64,000 nucleotides of DNA from Monocercomonoides exilis PA203 (Eukaryota; Protista; Preaxostyla): assembly GCA_001643675.2 (NCBI GenBank), contig LSRY02000039.1:372001-436000 (forward strand), read 5' to 3'. The position numbers and the translations under genes were made by a program. This document shows positions 1 to 12,339 of the stretch, piece after piece. Numbering within the stretch: position 1 is the first letter of the stretch; each line of letters begins with the position of its first letter. The notes under the pieces are model-generated. The model was given only the letters and a program-made list of their open reading frames with translations. It did no database searches and was not told the DNA's origin.

Positions 1-1173
1 GGGGCTAATGCCTATTTCACAACCCCACAGCCGATGGGGCAGATAAGTTACCAGCAATCTCTTGGGCAGGCCCAGCAGCAGCAGCAACAACAGACACAAC
101 AACAGCAGCAAATTCAAGCACTGAACCAAGCTCAATCTCAGCCCCAGCAACAGAATCAGCAGCAACCCCAGCTACAGGCACAAACACAGATACAGTCGCA
201 ACCGCAACTTCATGCACAACCTCTGCCTCAGCTTCAGTCTCAGCCACAGCCTCCTTCTCAGCTATTGCCTCAACCGCAGCAGATGCAACAACCGCAGAAT
301 CAACAGCTGTATCATACGCCAACTGCTCAGATGCAGGCACCCATGAATCTTCTTGGGGTGCCTCAAAGCAACACACAGCAGCCAAGCTCCAATTTGCCTG
401 TTGAAGGCAGCGGAGGGACAGGCGGCATTGGGCTGCCTTTGGATCAGCAGCAGCAACAGCAGCAGCAACAGATGCAGCTGCCAGCTGGAATTCATCAGAT
501 GGGCACACTTGCAGCATCACAGTTTGCTGGTGCTCCATCGCCAGCGCAGCAGCAAAAGGAAAGCATTCTCGGAATGGGGCCGCAGGCTCCCGTTTCTTCG
601 GATCCTCTTTTTCCGCAGCCGCAATCAACTGAAAGACGAGGAAGCTTGCAGGTTCTGGATCACTTAGGATCTGTTGCATCGGCTTCTGCGTCTTCTCCGC
701 AAGCGATTGGTTTGGGTCCAACAGGAGGCATTTCAGCAAGCACTCCTTCGCTTGCCCAAACACCAGCACTCGCATCTGTTCCACAGCCAGAGCATTCACT
801 GCCGCAGATGCCATATCAAGGGCAGCAGATGAATAAAATGCACAGCCAATCGCATATGGAGACATACACATCAATTTCACAACATTCGAATCAGGCACCG
901 AGCCTGACGGCATCACCATCACCAACACCACCACCTCGCCCTCCTTCTTCTTCTTCCATATCATCCTCTAACACATACTATCAACGCCACACTGGAGTCA
1001 ACCAGACAGGCAGAGAACGACCTGAGAGAAGCGGAGGAGGAGGGAGAGGCCATCCAGCAGGAGACGATGGAAGGATATACAGCGGAAAGATGAATAGAGG
1101 AAGGCAAAGCACTGGAAACACATCGACTTCTGGAGGGGGAAGAGGGCAGCATAGGAAGCATCCTAATCAGTGA
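1..1173 (+). CDS. 3' part of a Q/P-rich low-complexity protein with a C-terminal G/R-rich tail (5'-truncated, function unknown)
   Basis: Frame 1 is open from base 1 (ggg gct aat gcc...) to TGA at 1171-1173. It encodes polyQ/QPQ tracts and GGGRG motifs, GC is coding-like, and sequence turns sharply AT-rich after the stop with AAATAAA near 1198. Confidence 0.8.
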   Translation, partial: GANAYFTTPQPMGQISYQQSLGQAQQQQQQQTQQQQQIQALNQAQSQPQQQNQQQPQLQAQTQIQSQPQLHAQPLPQLQSQPQPPSQLLPQPQQMQQPQNQQLYHTPTAQMQAPMNLLGVPQSNTQQPSSNLPVEGSGGTGGIGLPLDQQQQQQQQQMQLPAGIHQMGTLAASQFAGAPSPAQQQKESILGMGPQAPVSSDPLFPQPQSTERRGSLQVLDHLGSVASASASSPQAIGLGPTGGISASTPSLAQTPALASVPQPEHSLPQMPYQGQQMNKMHSQSHMETYTSISQHSNQAPSLTASPSPTPPPRPPSSSSISSSNTYYQRHTGVNQTGRERPERSGGGGRGHPAGDDGRIYSGKMNRGRQSTGNTSTSGGGRGQHRKHPNQ

Positions 1174-1639
1174 GTTTTTCTTGACTTCGCTTCTTTCAAA
1201 TAAAAATTCGGTTTTCAATTTGATCAAAGAATTTTGCAATCCTTTTTTTAATTGTTTTTTATTATTATTTCTCACTTCAATCTTAATTGTTTAAGGCAAT
1301 ACAAAAAAAAAAACTAATTAATAATGATCATTTTTCATATGAATTAATTAAATTTTCGAACAAAATTATGATTCTATATTCATATTTATCACTCATTATT
1401 CATGTTTGAAGATTTGTTATTCTTTCATTCTGAATTCCGCAAAACATAAAGAATTTATTTTTTTATAAAAATGTTAATAAAAAACATATTGAATATTCAT
1501 TTTTTATGAGTAACTTTTAATAAGCTGTTTTTGAGTAAAATCACAGAAATTAAAATTGAGAAAATGAAGTTCAGTAACAACTTTCCATTTGAACCGTTCA
1601 TATATTGAAAAAATGATAAAATTAACTTGTTTCTTATTG

Positions 1640-2330
1640 TCAGATTCAAATCACGAATTGCATTTCCAGAAGCTTTTGTTTCAATGTATATCTTTCTCTT
1701 ATCTTTTTCATGTTATGCCAATGCTTTGCCCGGATAGACTTTGTTCCATCTTTTCTTGTATATCCAAAAAGGCGAGCTGAAGGGCTAACTAACTTTTCTG
1801 ATCCGAATGTGGATACCATTTTTGTTAGTCGGTGCAGCTGTTAACACACTTGAAGACTTATCTGAAAAAGAAATTTGTTGTTAGGGCATTTCTAAATTCG
1901 TCACTTCTCTATGCACCTTTTGTATTCCTCACCCGCTTCATCCATCTTTATGTGAAATCGAAGCGAAGAAGGAAGAAGAAGATAATTGGTAAGCATCGTC
2001 ATTGATATCTGTAATCAACCCTTTGGATGAATCGGCGGCTGCAGTATTGCGCATGTTGGTGGCAGCAATGGACGACATCAAGAGGCAGCTGCTGATTGTA
2101 GATGCTTGAGGCAGTTGATGTATGTGCAAATATGAAGAAGCCATTGCTGAGGAAGATACAAGCGCTGCAGTGTTATGCTGTAGCGAGGAGTGCGATGCTA
2201 CATGGAGATGCCGTATGTATATTGATGCTGAGCTTTCAGCAAAATTTTCAGTTCCACCTGTGGTACCACTTCCGCCGCTTGTAGCTTCGGCTCGTACGAA
2301 GTTGGAGCGGTGAAGGTGGAGGGGAAGGGA

Positions 2331-2402
<72 letters not shown>

Positions 2403-3170
2403 AAGTAGAAGAAGAAGAGGAGGAGGAGGAGTAGGAAGAAGAAGAAGAAGAAGAAGAGGATGATGATGACTCTGTGTTTTCAACGTATTCATCATGTCAT
2501 TTCAACATCATCAAAAGCAGGTTGTTATACAGAGACAGTTAGATTTCTGTCTGCTTGTTTCGCAAATCCTTCAAAGGCAAAGATGGAGTGTGATTGAAGC
2601 AATCCTCTCAAGTTTTGTTATTCTTTCAAAAGCATGGCCTGAAACAGAAGCTGCTGATCTTCATTTCATCTGTTTCAACAGCATAGCCACCAAAAACCAT
2701 GCTTCGTTGAAAAAACACTCCACAACACATGGGCGCACCTTTATGACTGCAAAAACAGATGATGGTCAGCTCAATACTTGTGCCGAGCTCCAATCTCATC
2801 CCTTTGCATTCATTTCTTTGCCTCTTTTTGTTACTAATATCCGCTTTCCTCATGGCCAACCACTTTCCTTGCCCAAAAATACAAAAAACTACTCCTCTTC
2901 CTCATGTTCCAAAATCCAATATAATTTTGAGTGTTTCAGCTTTTTCATAGAATTCCATCCTCTTTTGTCTTCATTCAATGAAACATCAGTTGAATTTGTT
3001 TTCACCTCTTGTTCCAAATAAAAAGTATGAAAATCATGTGTCTTGCGCAACTTCATTTGTTTCCCAATGGCTATATAATAATCTGCTCCATTCCTATCGT
3101 CTTGCTCTTCAAAACTGAGATTGGCCATTTCAACAATGACTCAAATTTCTTGGGCTTTGGAAAGGATACA
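1640..3170 (-). pseudogene. Probable decayed gene remnant(s)
   Basis: GC is higher than the flanks. Protein-like minus-strand fragments (1938-2495, 2889-3128) are broken by stops, frameshifts and a microsatellite. No family recognised. Confidence 0.3.
2332..2400. repeat. (AGT)23 perfect microsatellite, followed by a (GAA/GGA)n tract to ~2460
   Basis: Directly visible. It produces the artefactual poly-Leu in ORF 1938..2495. Confidence 0.97.
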
Positions 3171-3639
3171 GACTGAAATATCTTCGCAATCAACAGAACA
3201 ATAAAAATTATATACATGCTGTTATTTTCATCAAATTATAAATTGTTGAACTTCCTGGCTCAGCCAATTTCCAAAATTTATTCAGTAGAAATCTTTCTTT
3301 AGAAATGATTTTTTCTGCCTTCCATTCCAATAGAAGAAATAATATTCCTTATTTTGAAAACCAGTTTAACTCACCAATCTCCCATTTTGTCAATGGATAT
3401 CAGTTCAAAGAAAATTGTTCGATCGTTAAATCCATAATAAATAAAGAAAAATAGAAAAAGCGTTGTTTCTCTCATTATCTTTTGAAAAAAGCATAAATGC
3501 TAAAAATGGCAGTATGCACATACATTTTTAAGAGCTGTTTTGAGGTTTTGTTTTTCATAAACTTCTTCTTTCTAAACATGTGCGAATTAAATATGAATGA
3601 ATAAACTATTGTGTTTTCTGGCTGTAATTTGTTTCAAAA

Positions 3640-5071
3640 ATGCAGGCATCGAACAAAGCAAAAAAGTTCAGAGGTTTTCAACGCAGTTTCATTTGAATTC
3701 TTGGTGATCGTAATTTTTTCTTTATTTTTTTCATTAAAGAATTGTTTGCTGAACTGGAACAGTGTGACGAGGAATATCAAAGACTGAAAATAGAAGATAT
3801 GAGGGAAATAATTGATGGAATGGATGAGGATGAAATCAGATCCATTTTCACCGAAGAAATATTCAACAAAATATCCAAAATGATTAAAGAAAAGAAACTG
3901 TCAATGGAAAATGCAATTGTGTTACTGAAGCATGTTGGATATCACAGTGATATAAAAAATGTGTGGGTTTATAGCTTTGAAAGATCTTCGCTGAACAAAA
4001 GAATTGAGAAGCTGATGATTGATGAAAATGAGAAAAAAGATGAAAAGAATGGAAAACTCTTGATTAATCTTTGCGAATGTCATCTTTTGCTTGCAAACGG
4101 ATTTTCTTCGGAATTACTTTCAATTTGCGCGTCTTGCCTTCTGAAAGTTGCTTTGAACAAAGAGGAAAACGAGGAGACTAAAAAAGAAGTGGAAATGGCT
4201 TTGCTGGCTTTGAAAAATCTCGGGATGTGGAAGGTTTGAATATTTCTATTTCCATTTTGATGTTATAGATTTTTCTTCATTTATTGTCAAACAGGAAATC
4301 AAAAAAGATTTGTTTTTGAATGATACGAAAGAAATCATCAAATACCATCAGGAGCATCGCAACTTGACGCAACTTGCTTATCAGTCAGCTTGGCAGTTTT
4401 TGATTGGAAGATTATTTGCAGACAAAAGTTTGGTAGATGCAATTGTGAATGAGATGCATTTTATCAGAGAAGCAAGAAGAGAGTTGGAAGATCTGTCAAA
4501 ATATGTGGATTGGAAGAGGAAAGAAGAGGAAAAAGAAAGAGGAAAAGGAAAAGGAAGGAAAGAAGAAAACATTTTTATGAGATGGGTCGAAACGTTGACA
4601 ACTTTCTTTTGTGGATGCACATCGTGGAATGAAGAATATTCAGGGCTTATCAGCAGCATTGTGAGTGCATTTCGAACAGCAAGGGATAATTGCGGAGAAA
4701 TAAGCAGAAAATGCATTTTTTCATTGATGGAAGCAGCGAGTAACAGAGCAATAAACATTGATGACTTGTTGAAAGAGGGAGCACTTGATATTGTTTTGGA
4801 GGAGATTCAGCAACAAACATTGAATGACGAAATGGCTGGTGAATGCTTGAGATTTTTTATTGAGTTTTCAAGAAGACTGAAAAGAAAGACAAATGATGAA
4901 AATAGAGAGGACGAAAATGGAGAAGAGATTAGAAAGAAGGTATTTGAAAAGATTGAAGAAGAAGGATATGAAGATGCCGTTGTAAACTTTTATGAAACAA
5001 TAGATTTTCTTAACAACGAATATTATTATGAATTATCGTTGGATATTTCTGATTATTTTGTGAATATTTGA
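3640..5071 (+). CDS. Lineage-specific alpha-helical (ARM/HEAT-like) family protein, ~434 aa; exons 3640-3673, 3740-4233, 4295-5071
   Basis: GT-AG introns 3674-3739 (66 nt) and 4234-4294 (61 nt) join the ORFs in frame (MQASNKAKKFR-ELFAELEQC...GMWK-EIKKDLFLN). It shares motifs KEVEMALLAL, HQEHxNLTxLAYQSAW and KVFEKxEEEG with the gene at 6933-8498. Confidence 0.85.
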
Positions 5072-6254
5072 GAAAATGAGATATTTCACATTTTGTTTCT
5101 CCGAATTTCAATATTTGCTTTTTGATTATTTCCTTTATCAGCAAATGGCTGTTTGCGGACTTTTTTATTTGAAAATTTTTATTGGATTGTCTGAAAAATT
5201 ATTAGCAAATGGTGTGAATGTTTGAGAAAGTGAAATGATATTTATTCTGTAACTCAAAAATTTTGTTTATTTTTCATTCAGTATCATGTCACATTAACAA
5301 ATGTAAAGTTAGTTTTATATCTTTTTCTTTTTCACTTCATTAAAATTCTTTAAAGTAAAATAATATGAAATATAACATTCAATTTCTTCTATTTTGCGTT
5401 TAAAAAAACTCAAAAAATCCCATCTGCTCAGAAGTTTCAAGAAAAAATAATAATCATTTCCTTCCATTTATTATTTCATTGCATCTTCTCTGCTTTTTTT
5501 GGAATTCCTGAGAATTTGTTGAAAAGATAAAGAGAAATGAAACGAGAAAAAACTGAAAGAGGATTGAGAAGAAGTGAATGAATACGAGGAAGATGAACTT
5601 TTTTTTATTATTTGTGACCAATTCTTGATTCTTAACTACAAAAACTAATAATTCTTCCATTTCCTCTTCCTCTTCAGTTTGACTTCATTTTTCATTCCCT
5701 CTTTTTCTTTCATTTAGAAAGCTGTTCTCATTCATCCTCAAATTCATCTTGTCTTTTTTAACAAGAAACTTTTCAGCCAAATACAGTGGAGAAATAAGAA
5801 GATGAAGAGGAGGAGAAAGAGGAAAAGAAAGAATATGAAGATGCAATCTTCAAAACGAGCAGAGCACGTTCTTTTATTTAAAAAATCTCATTTTTCATTC
5901 ATCTTTTGTTCACTTGGATTGTTAATTCGATTCTTGAATCAAATCCGCTATCAATTTTAAAATGCTTGTATTCAAATCTGCTCAAAATGGAAACAAACGT
6001 TGGAAAAAATTTGACAAAAGTCATTATTTCACAGAAACAAGTGTTTCGACAACAGATGAAAAACAACGATTGAAATAATAGTAAAGAAAAAAAAGATATG
6101 ATAAAGATATAATTGAGTGAGGTTATATTTTTGTGAGATATGAAAATATAATCATACAAAAAATAAGACAATGAAACTTCACAAAAGAAAAAGAAAGATT
6201 TCTTTTCATGCACAATGTTTGTGAAAAAACAACAATTTTGATATGAGGAAACTT

Positions 6255-6720
6255 TCACAGAGAGAACCCATTAATAAGATCCTTCAACTCTGCCAGTTCG
6301 TTTATCAGATTCAGAGCATTTTCTTTCTTGAATTCCGTTGTTGGAGTGGTTGCTAAATCATGATATGCAGTTGGCAGATCAACAGGAAATGCAGATGCAG
6401 ATGTCTCGCCAACAGATGTGCTGTTTTCTTTCCAGGCTTCCTTTTCGGAGCTTTTCATCTGTTTCATCTTCTGGCTTAGAAATGTGAGCAGAAAGCTGAT
6501 CTTTCTGACTCTCAAATGAATTCTCATTCCAAATGTGTGAAATGGGAATGGATGGTTCATTCAGAGAAGGAAAAGACAATAAGAGTTAAACAGAAGAAGA
6601 AGAAGAAGATAGACTGATTGATAAAATGACCACTGATGCTACGTGAGTAAAAATGAAGGAATGAGCGAAATTGAAGCAGATGAAGAAGACGATAATGAGA
6701 AGGCTGATTGAAATGAATGA
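6255..6720 (-). pseudogene. Frameshifted gene fragment
   Basis: Two overlapping minus-strand ORFs (6379-6579, 6255-6560) read as one protein-like stretch across a frameshift, ending ...NALNLINELAELKDLINGFSL. No credible start or family. Confidence 0.3.
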
Positions 6721-6932
6721 AAAATTTACAAATTGTGTTGAATATTCTTTTTGTCTGGACGAAAATGTTGCTTCATATTGAAATCTTTTTTCTCTTTTCT
6801 TCTATTATTTTCTTTATTTTGTTCGTTTTCTGCAATCTGCACCTTCTGAATCTCTATTTCCGTTTCATTCCATTTTTCTTCTTCTTTTCAAGGATGAAGA
6901 TTCCATTTATTGAATTTGCCCGAAAAGTTGTT

Positions 6933-8498
6933 TTATAGATGCACAAAATAATCAGACGAATCCCTTGACAGTCTGTCATAATAAGGATCGTTCTTGATAT
7001 TCAACAGAATTTTATGAAAGCTTGTTATGATGTCTTCGCATCCTTCTTCTTCCATCTTTTCAAATACCTTTCTGTTCATCTCTTTTCTTTTCACTTTTTC
7101 CTTTTCATCATCCGTCTTTCCTTCCAATCTTCTGGAAATTTCATAAATGAATGCCAAGCATGATTTTGTGATTTCGTCTTTTAATGTTGGCTGATAAAGT
7201 TCTTCGAAAACAGTATTAATAGCTCCGCTCTTCAAAAAGTCTTCAACTTTCACAGATTCGCTTCTTGCTGCATTATCAAAAGAATAAATGCATTTTCTGT
7301 AAATCCCACGACAAGCATCCTTTGCTACTCGACATAACTTAACAATGCTGCCTATGAGCCAAACAATTTCCTCATTCCACAATTTACTTGAGTAAAAATA
7401 TGAGCTCAATACTTGAAACCATTCCTCCAAAAGAATCTTTTCTTCTGTTTCTTTTGTGCTATCCTCTTTTTTCCTCTTCCAATCCACACGTTCTTTCAGC
7501 TCTTCCAATTCCTTTATTGCCTCTCTCACAAAATGCAGTTTATTCACAATTAATTCTTCCAAATTTTTGTTATTTTCATATATGTTTGTTAAAAACTCCC
7601 AAGCAGATTGATAGGCAAGGTGAGTAAGATTGTGATGTTCTTGATGATGTTGGATAATCTCTTTGATCTCGTTCAGATACATTTCCTCTGACATATCCTT
7701 ACAAAAACAAAGAGGAATATAATTACAATAATGATTCAAAAAAAGAAAAAGAAAAAGAAAAGAAAAGAAAAGAAAAAGAAGAAAAAATCAAACAGTATAT
7801 TCACTTATACGTCTCAAAGCCAGCAAAGCCATTTCCACTTCTTTTCGTGCTTCTTCGTTTTCCTCTTTGTTTGAAGCAGCTTTCAGAAGGCAACGCAAAC
7901 AAATCACAAGCAAATTTTCAGGAATCATGTACTCGAGTATCATTGTAAAGCATTCACAAAGATCAACAAGAAGCTTTTCATTCTTTCCTTCTTTTTTCTT
8001 CTCTATGTCAACGATCATCTTTTCAAATCTTTCGCACAGCGAAGATTCTTCAAAACTATGAATCCAAATACTTTTCAGTACATTGTAATATCCAGTGTGT
8101 CTCAACATCAAAATAGCATTGTCCAAAGTCAATTTCTTTTCTTCGATCATTTCATCGATTTTATTGAACAATTCCTCTGAAAAAACAGATTCAAATTCTT
8201 CTTCATTCATTTCATTAACCATTTCATTCATTTCTTCAATTTTCTGTTTTTGCTCATCCTCGTTGCAATCTACCAATTCGTCAAATAATTCTTAAAAATC
8301 ATAAAATATTCAAAGCATTGAAATTTAACCAGAAAAAAAAAAAAAATACAACGAACTTATGAACTTTTCTGTAAGCTCTGTCTTGAATTCTTTCCCTTCT
8401 TCTTCCTCTTCTTCATCTTCAATTATTTCTTCTTCTTCTTCTTCATTAAATTCATCATCTTCTTCTCCAACATTATAGGCTGCATTCTCCTTGTTCAT
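6933..8498 (-). CDS. Paralogue of 3640-5071 with an acidic N-terminal extension, ~467 aa; exons 8498-8357, 8290-7794, 7697-6933
   Basis: Introns 8356-8291 (66 nt, phase 1) and 7793-7698 (96 nt, phase 0) sit at the same positions and phases as in the + strand paralogue. The spliced frame is open from MNKENAAY to SDYFVHL*. Confidence 0.85.
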
Positions 8499-8956
8499 TA
8501 TGTATTCTTGCTATTCCAAAAACAATATCAATATTACAAACAAGAAAATCTACAAATTCAAACATTTTTATTTATCAAACAAAGTACTGCGAGAATAATT
8601 TCTAATCAAACGGATTTACTTGGCAAATATTTGCTGTTGCAAGAAAATAACTTGGATAAAATCCTGTTCAATAAACTTTGCTTAAGAGACAAGCAAATCC
8701 TTTTTTTCGTTAAAGTGATCAATCCTATTATAAAATTTCAAGTTTTGGATATTGTATGTGGATAAATCCTGAGGAAACAACCCTTGATTATTTTTCTGTA
8801 TTGCGGGGAAATTCCATTGTTTCCAATGAAAATTTTTATCAGGAAATGGAAAGGACAAAACAGACTGTTTTTTAATGAAAAGCTGAAGTCCTTTGCTGTA
8901 GATGATTCAGTCATTTCTGTAAGGGAACAAGACGCCTGGATGTTTGCATTTATTTA

Positions 8957-8960
<4 letters not shown>

Positions 8961-8992
<32 letters not shown>
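8961..8992. repeat. Poly(T)32 tract
   Basis: Directly visible homopolymer. Confidence 0.95.
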
Positions 8993-8998
<6 letters not shown>

Positions 8999-9229
8999 GA
9001 AGTTGTTTGTGATATTCTCTCAAGCAAAAGCGATCAAAAATGCGACTATTAAAAATGAAAAATAAAACTTATCAAGTGAACTTCGTCCGAAAAGAATGCG
9101 GAATTGAATAACTCTGATTTACAGAAAAGCTTATTTGAGGGCCTCGAATTCTTTTCGAATCAACATGTTTGAAACAAACAAATTATTTGTTAAAAATATA
9201 ACAGCTTCTCCAACAATATAACTGAAAAA

Positions 9230-10270
9230 TACGTTCAAGCCGAAAGATCTTATGAAACGGACATCAATGGCAAAATAAAATGGAAGATGGTGAGCAACGA
9301 AGATTGGTTTATGCAGAAAGCAAAGCTCAAAGAAAAAGGAGTGAAAATTATCCACAGCGTAATCAATCCATCTGATGATTGCCAATGAAAAATGGAGATG
9401 AAGCTGTCTGTTTCAAGAGGGAAAAACAGGAAGAAAGATGAAGCTCGGGGAAATCGGTGAAGGAGATCTTTCTGCTTCCGTTATTGTGGGTTTGGTCATG
9501 AAGCAAAAGAAAGGCGGAAGCTGAAGTTGAGAGAAACGAATCACAGCTCATGAACTTTGTGGATTTCGGCTTTGCAAGTATGCGATGGAACGCCAAGTCG
9601 CGGAACTGTTCATGGAGAATACGCACGGCAGCCGAAGCCATTGAGTGCACTTCATTCAATTTGGGGAAAAGGAGAAAGGGGAAAAGGCAAAAATGCTTCT
9701 GAAAAAGGCTATTTTTGATAGCATCTTCGAATACGCACAATTAATTCCAGTCTTTTTTTCAGTCCAATTGAAACAAGGAATGGCTGGGACATGGAAAGAG
9801 GGTGGCGTTGGGAATCTGGATTGCCTGCATTGCAGTTCATTGGCAGGTGAAGAGAGGCTAAAAATGCAAAGATGGAGCATCTGAAGAGACAAGAATGACT
9901 GAAAGAAACACAAAAAGCAACAGAAATGAAACCTCTCTGGAATGCTTCAAGAGGAATGACATCAAATGAGACAATGTGTTTTCATCTATATTTTGTGTGG
10001 AACAATCAACATATCATTTTCCACTGATTGTGGCTGATTCTCAAAAAAATGCTCTCTTTTATGTTGCATCTGCAACTTGCTCTTCTTCAGTTTCTGATTC
10101 TGCTTCTAATTATTTTTCTAATTCTCCTCATTGCGCCTTTCTTCTTCAGCAACCTCGTTGAAGGCAGGCGATCCTCTGTTTTTGTGTGGAGGCAGAGCTC
10201 AAAAGCAGAGTTCAATCAGAATAGAAAGAAATATTTTCTTTTTCTTCTTTTTGTGAGGCATCAAGTCATC
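9230..10270 (+). pseudogene. Probable degenerate coding remnant
   Basis: Coding-like GC and purine bias with short protein-like fragments (e.g. 9645-9884) interrupted by many stops. No recognisable family. Confidence 0.25.
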
Positions 10271-10676
10271 TTTCTTATTCTTCATTTGAGGATGCTATTT
10301 ATTAAAAACTCACATCTTTGATTTGGTTTCTGAATTTTTATCAAGATAAAAGCCACTCAAATAAATAAAAAAGTATTGTTTCAAAATTTAATTTATTGAA
10401 GATGACAAACGAAATTGGATAAAAATTCTTTTCTTGACAGTCCAAATGGGACAGAATTCTTTCATTTATGAAAATTTCAATGATTTGTTCCAAACTTTTT
10501 CTGCAATCATACCACAATATGTCTCTCATTCTCGTTCAAAAAAAGATAAGAAAAAATATAAAATTGAAAATCGTTTTGAATAAAAATAAGTTGAACAAAA
10601 CCCAGAAAACAATAAAATTTCGTCCCATATTCGATTAATTTTTTCACTTTTTGATCAAAATTCATTTTCTCAATAA

Positions 10677-11138
10677 ATGGAATTTGACAGTCTGTGATAT
10701 ATTTTAAGAATTAAAATTAACGTTTTTGCAAAAACAATTATATTATATACATGCATTATTATTCTTTGCGTTTTGCATTTTCCCATCCACTTATCTCTTT
10801 CGAAAAACAATTATATCACTCGTTTTGCAACGGTTTAAGCGGAAAGGTTAAGAACTGAAAATGAAAAACCTAATGTTTATTCTGAACAAATTGGTTCTGG
10901 TGTATACTTTTCATTACAAGAGCATAAGGATTATTTGTCAAAAAATGTTTATCCTTTTCTGAAAGTTGCTCTCATAGAAATGACAAGAGAAAAACCATCA
11001 TGCCCTTTGGTTTGCATTTAATTTTTTGAATATAGGAAACATTTTAATTATTTCAATTCATTTCATTGCAAAATCTTTTAAAAGAAATGGCTTGCTCAAT
11101 ATTTGCACGATCATAATCCGCATCATCATTCCCGTTGA
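10677..11138 (+). CDS. DPY-30 motif protein, 78 aa; exons 10677-10689, 10840-11009, 11085-11138
   Basis: The spliced product ends ...HKDYLSKNVYPFLKVALIEMTREKPSCPL-KWLAQYLHDHNPHHHSR*, matching the DPY-30 consensus YLxxxVxPxLxxxLxxxxxxxPxxPxxxLAxYL. GT-AG introns 10690-10839 and 11010-11084 keep frame. Exon 1 is the least certain part. Confidence 0.8.
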
Positions 11139-11293
11139 AATATTTTCAGTTCATTTCAATATTTTTTTCTTGAATGTTGTTGAAATTATTGCATTTCTGT
11201 TCTTTTCATTTGCATGATATAATTATTTGTTCAAAAAATATTTTTAACAATGGGAATCAGACTTTAATAATTTTTTGAAATTGGAATAACTCT

Positions 11294-12339
11294 ATGATTT
11301 TTATTTTTCTGCAAGTATTTATAACTTATTTAACTGCACAGACACTTGAAGATTATAATTTCGAAGGACTTACTCGAAAAACGTTTCAATTTAGTTATTC
11401 TTTGCAAAATATCTAAATATGCTTTTTATTATAAAGATCTGAACCTAGAAACGTCCCAGCGAATGGATATATTGTATCCTTCAACTTTAGAACAGCTGTG
11501 CCTAAAATTGCAACAGATGTGACTTGTGAAAGTAGTGATTGTGCAATGCCAGTTTACGAAAAAGATTTTGAGGACGATTGCGCATGCTATGGCTTAGCTA
11601 CAAATGAAACGTGGACAATCAAGCCAAATAATGAAGGGATTCAATTCAAATGTGTGTTATTTTATTTTTTAAGATTAATTATTGAATTTGAATGATTATT
11701 TAGATTATTCAAATTTACAAACTGAAAGATATGGATACCTTGACTTTTTATGTTCCAAAGAGGAATCAATATCTGCAACAGAAGATTTGTATGTTTTATA
11801 TGATTATTTTAAGGCAAAATTCCTTTTTAATTTTAAATCAAATTCCTTCGAAAAAAAAAAATATAAACATGGATACTCGCAAAATTGCAATTTTCCCAAC
11901 GTTGTTATAAATTCAAGCAAAGTTGCAAGAGTTACTTGGAAACATCCACAAGCATGCCAAGTTATAAAACCAAAAAATCCTGAAAAAGAAAAAACCAAAC
12001 TTTCATTTGGATCTGTAATGCTTATCATTTTTGCAGCTTCATTTTTGCTATATTTTGCAATTGGAATACCAATAATGGTTTACAATCTATCTTTTGTTTT
12101 TTGTTTTTTATTATTAATTTTTTTATTCGATTTTTTCCCCCCTCTATCAAATTATCAATCACTTGTAAAACTCATTTAAAATGTGGCAGATTTTAGCATT
12201 TAAGAAAAGAGGACTAGAAATGATTCCATTTGTCGGATTTTGGCGAAGTTTACCAGGTCTTGTGATTGATGGTGTTAAGTTCCTCTTGTCTCCTTGCCTT
12301 AAATCTAAAAGTGGATATGCGGATATTTCTGAAAAGTAA
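11294..12339 (+). CDS. ATG27 / cation-dependent mannose-6-phosphate receptor-like type I membrane protein, ~232 aa; exons 11294-11382, 11437-11651, 11704-11788, 11918-12077, 12190-12339
   Basis: Signal peptide (MIFIFLQVFITYLTA), Cys-containing MRH-like lumenal domain ending WKHPQAC, TM segment LSFGSVMLIIFAASFLLYFAIG, the family-typical RGLEMIPFVGFWRSLPGLVIDG, and a C-terminal YADI (YxxPhi) sorting motif. Intron 11789-11917 is inferred (in frame, stop-free). Confidence 0.8.

Noticed and set aside
17-964. 315-aa minus-strand ORF
   Set aside because: It is the antisense shadow of CAG/CAA-rich coding sequence.
1938-2495. Poly-Leu 'signal/TM' protein
   Set aside because: The Leu run is just the (AGT)23 microsatellite read on the minus strand.
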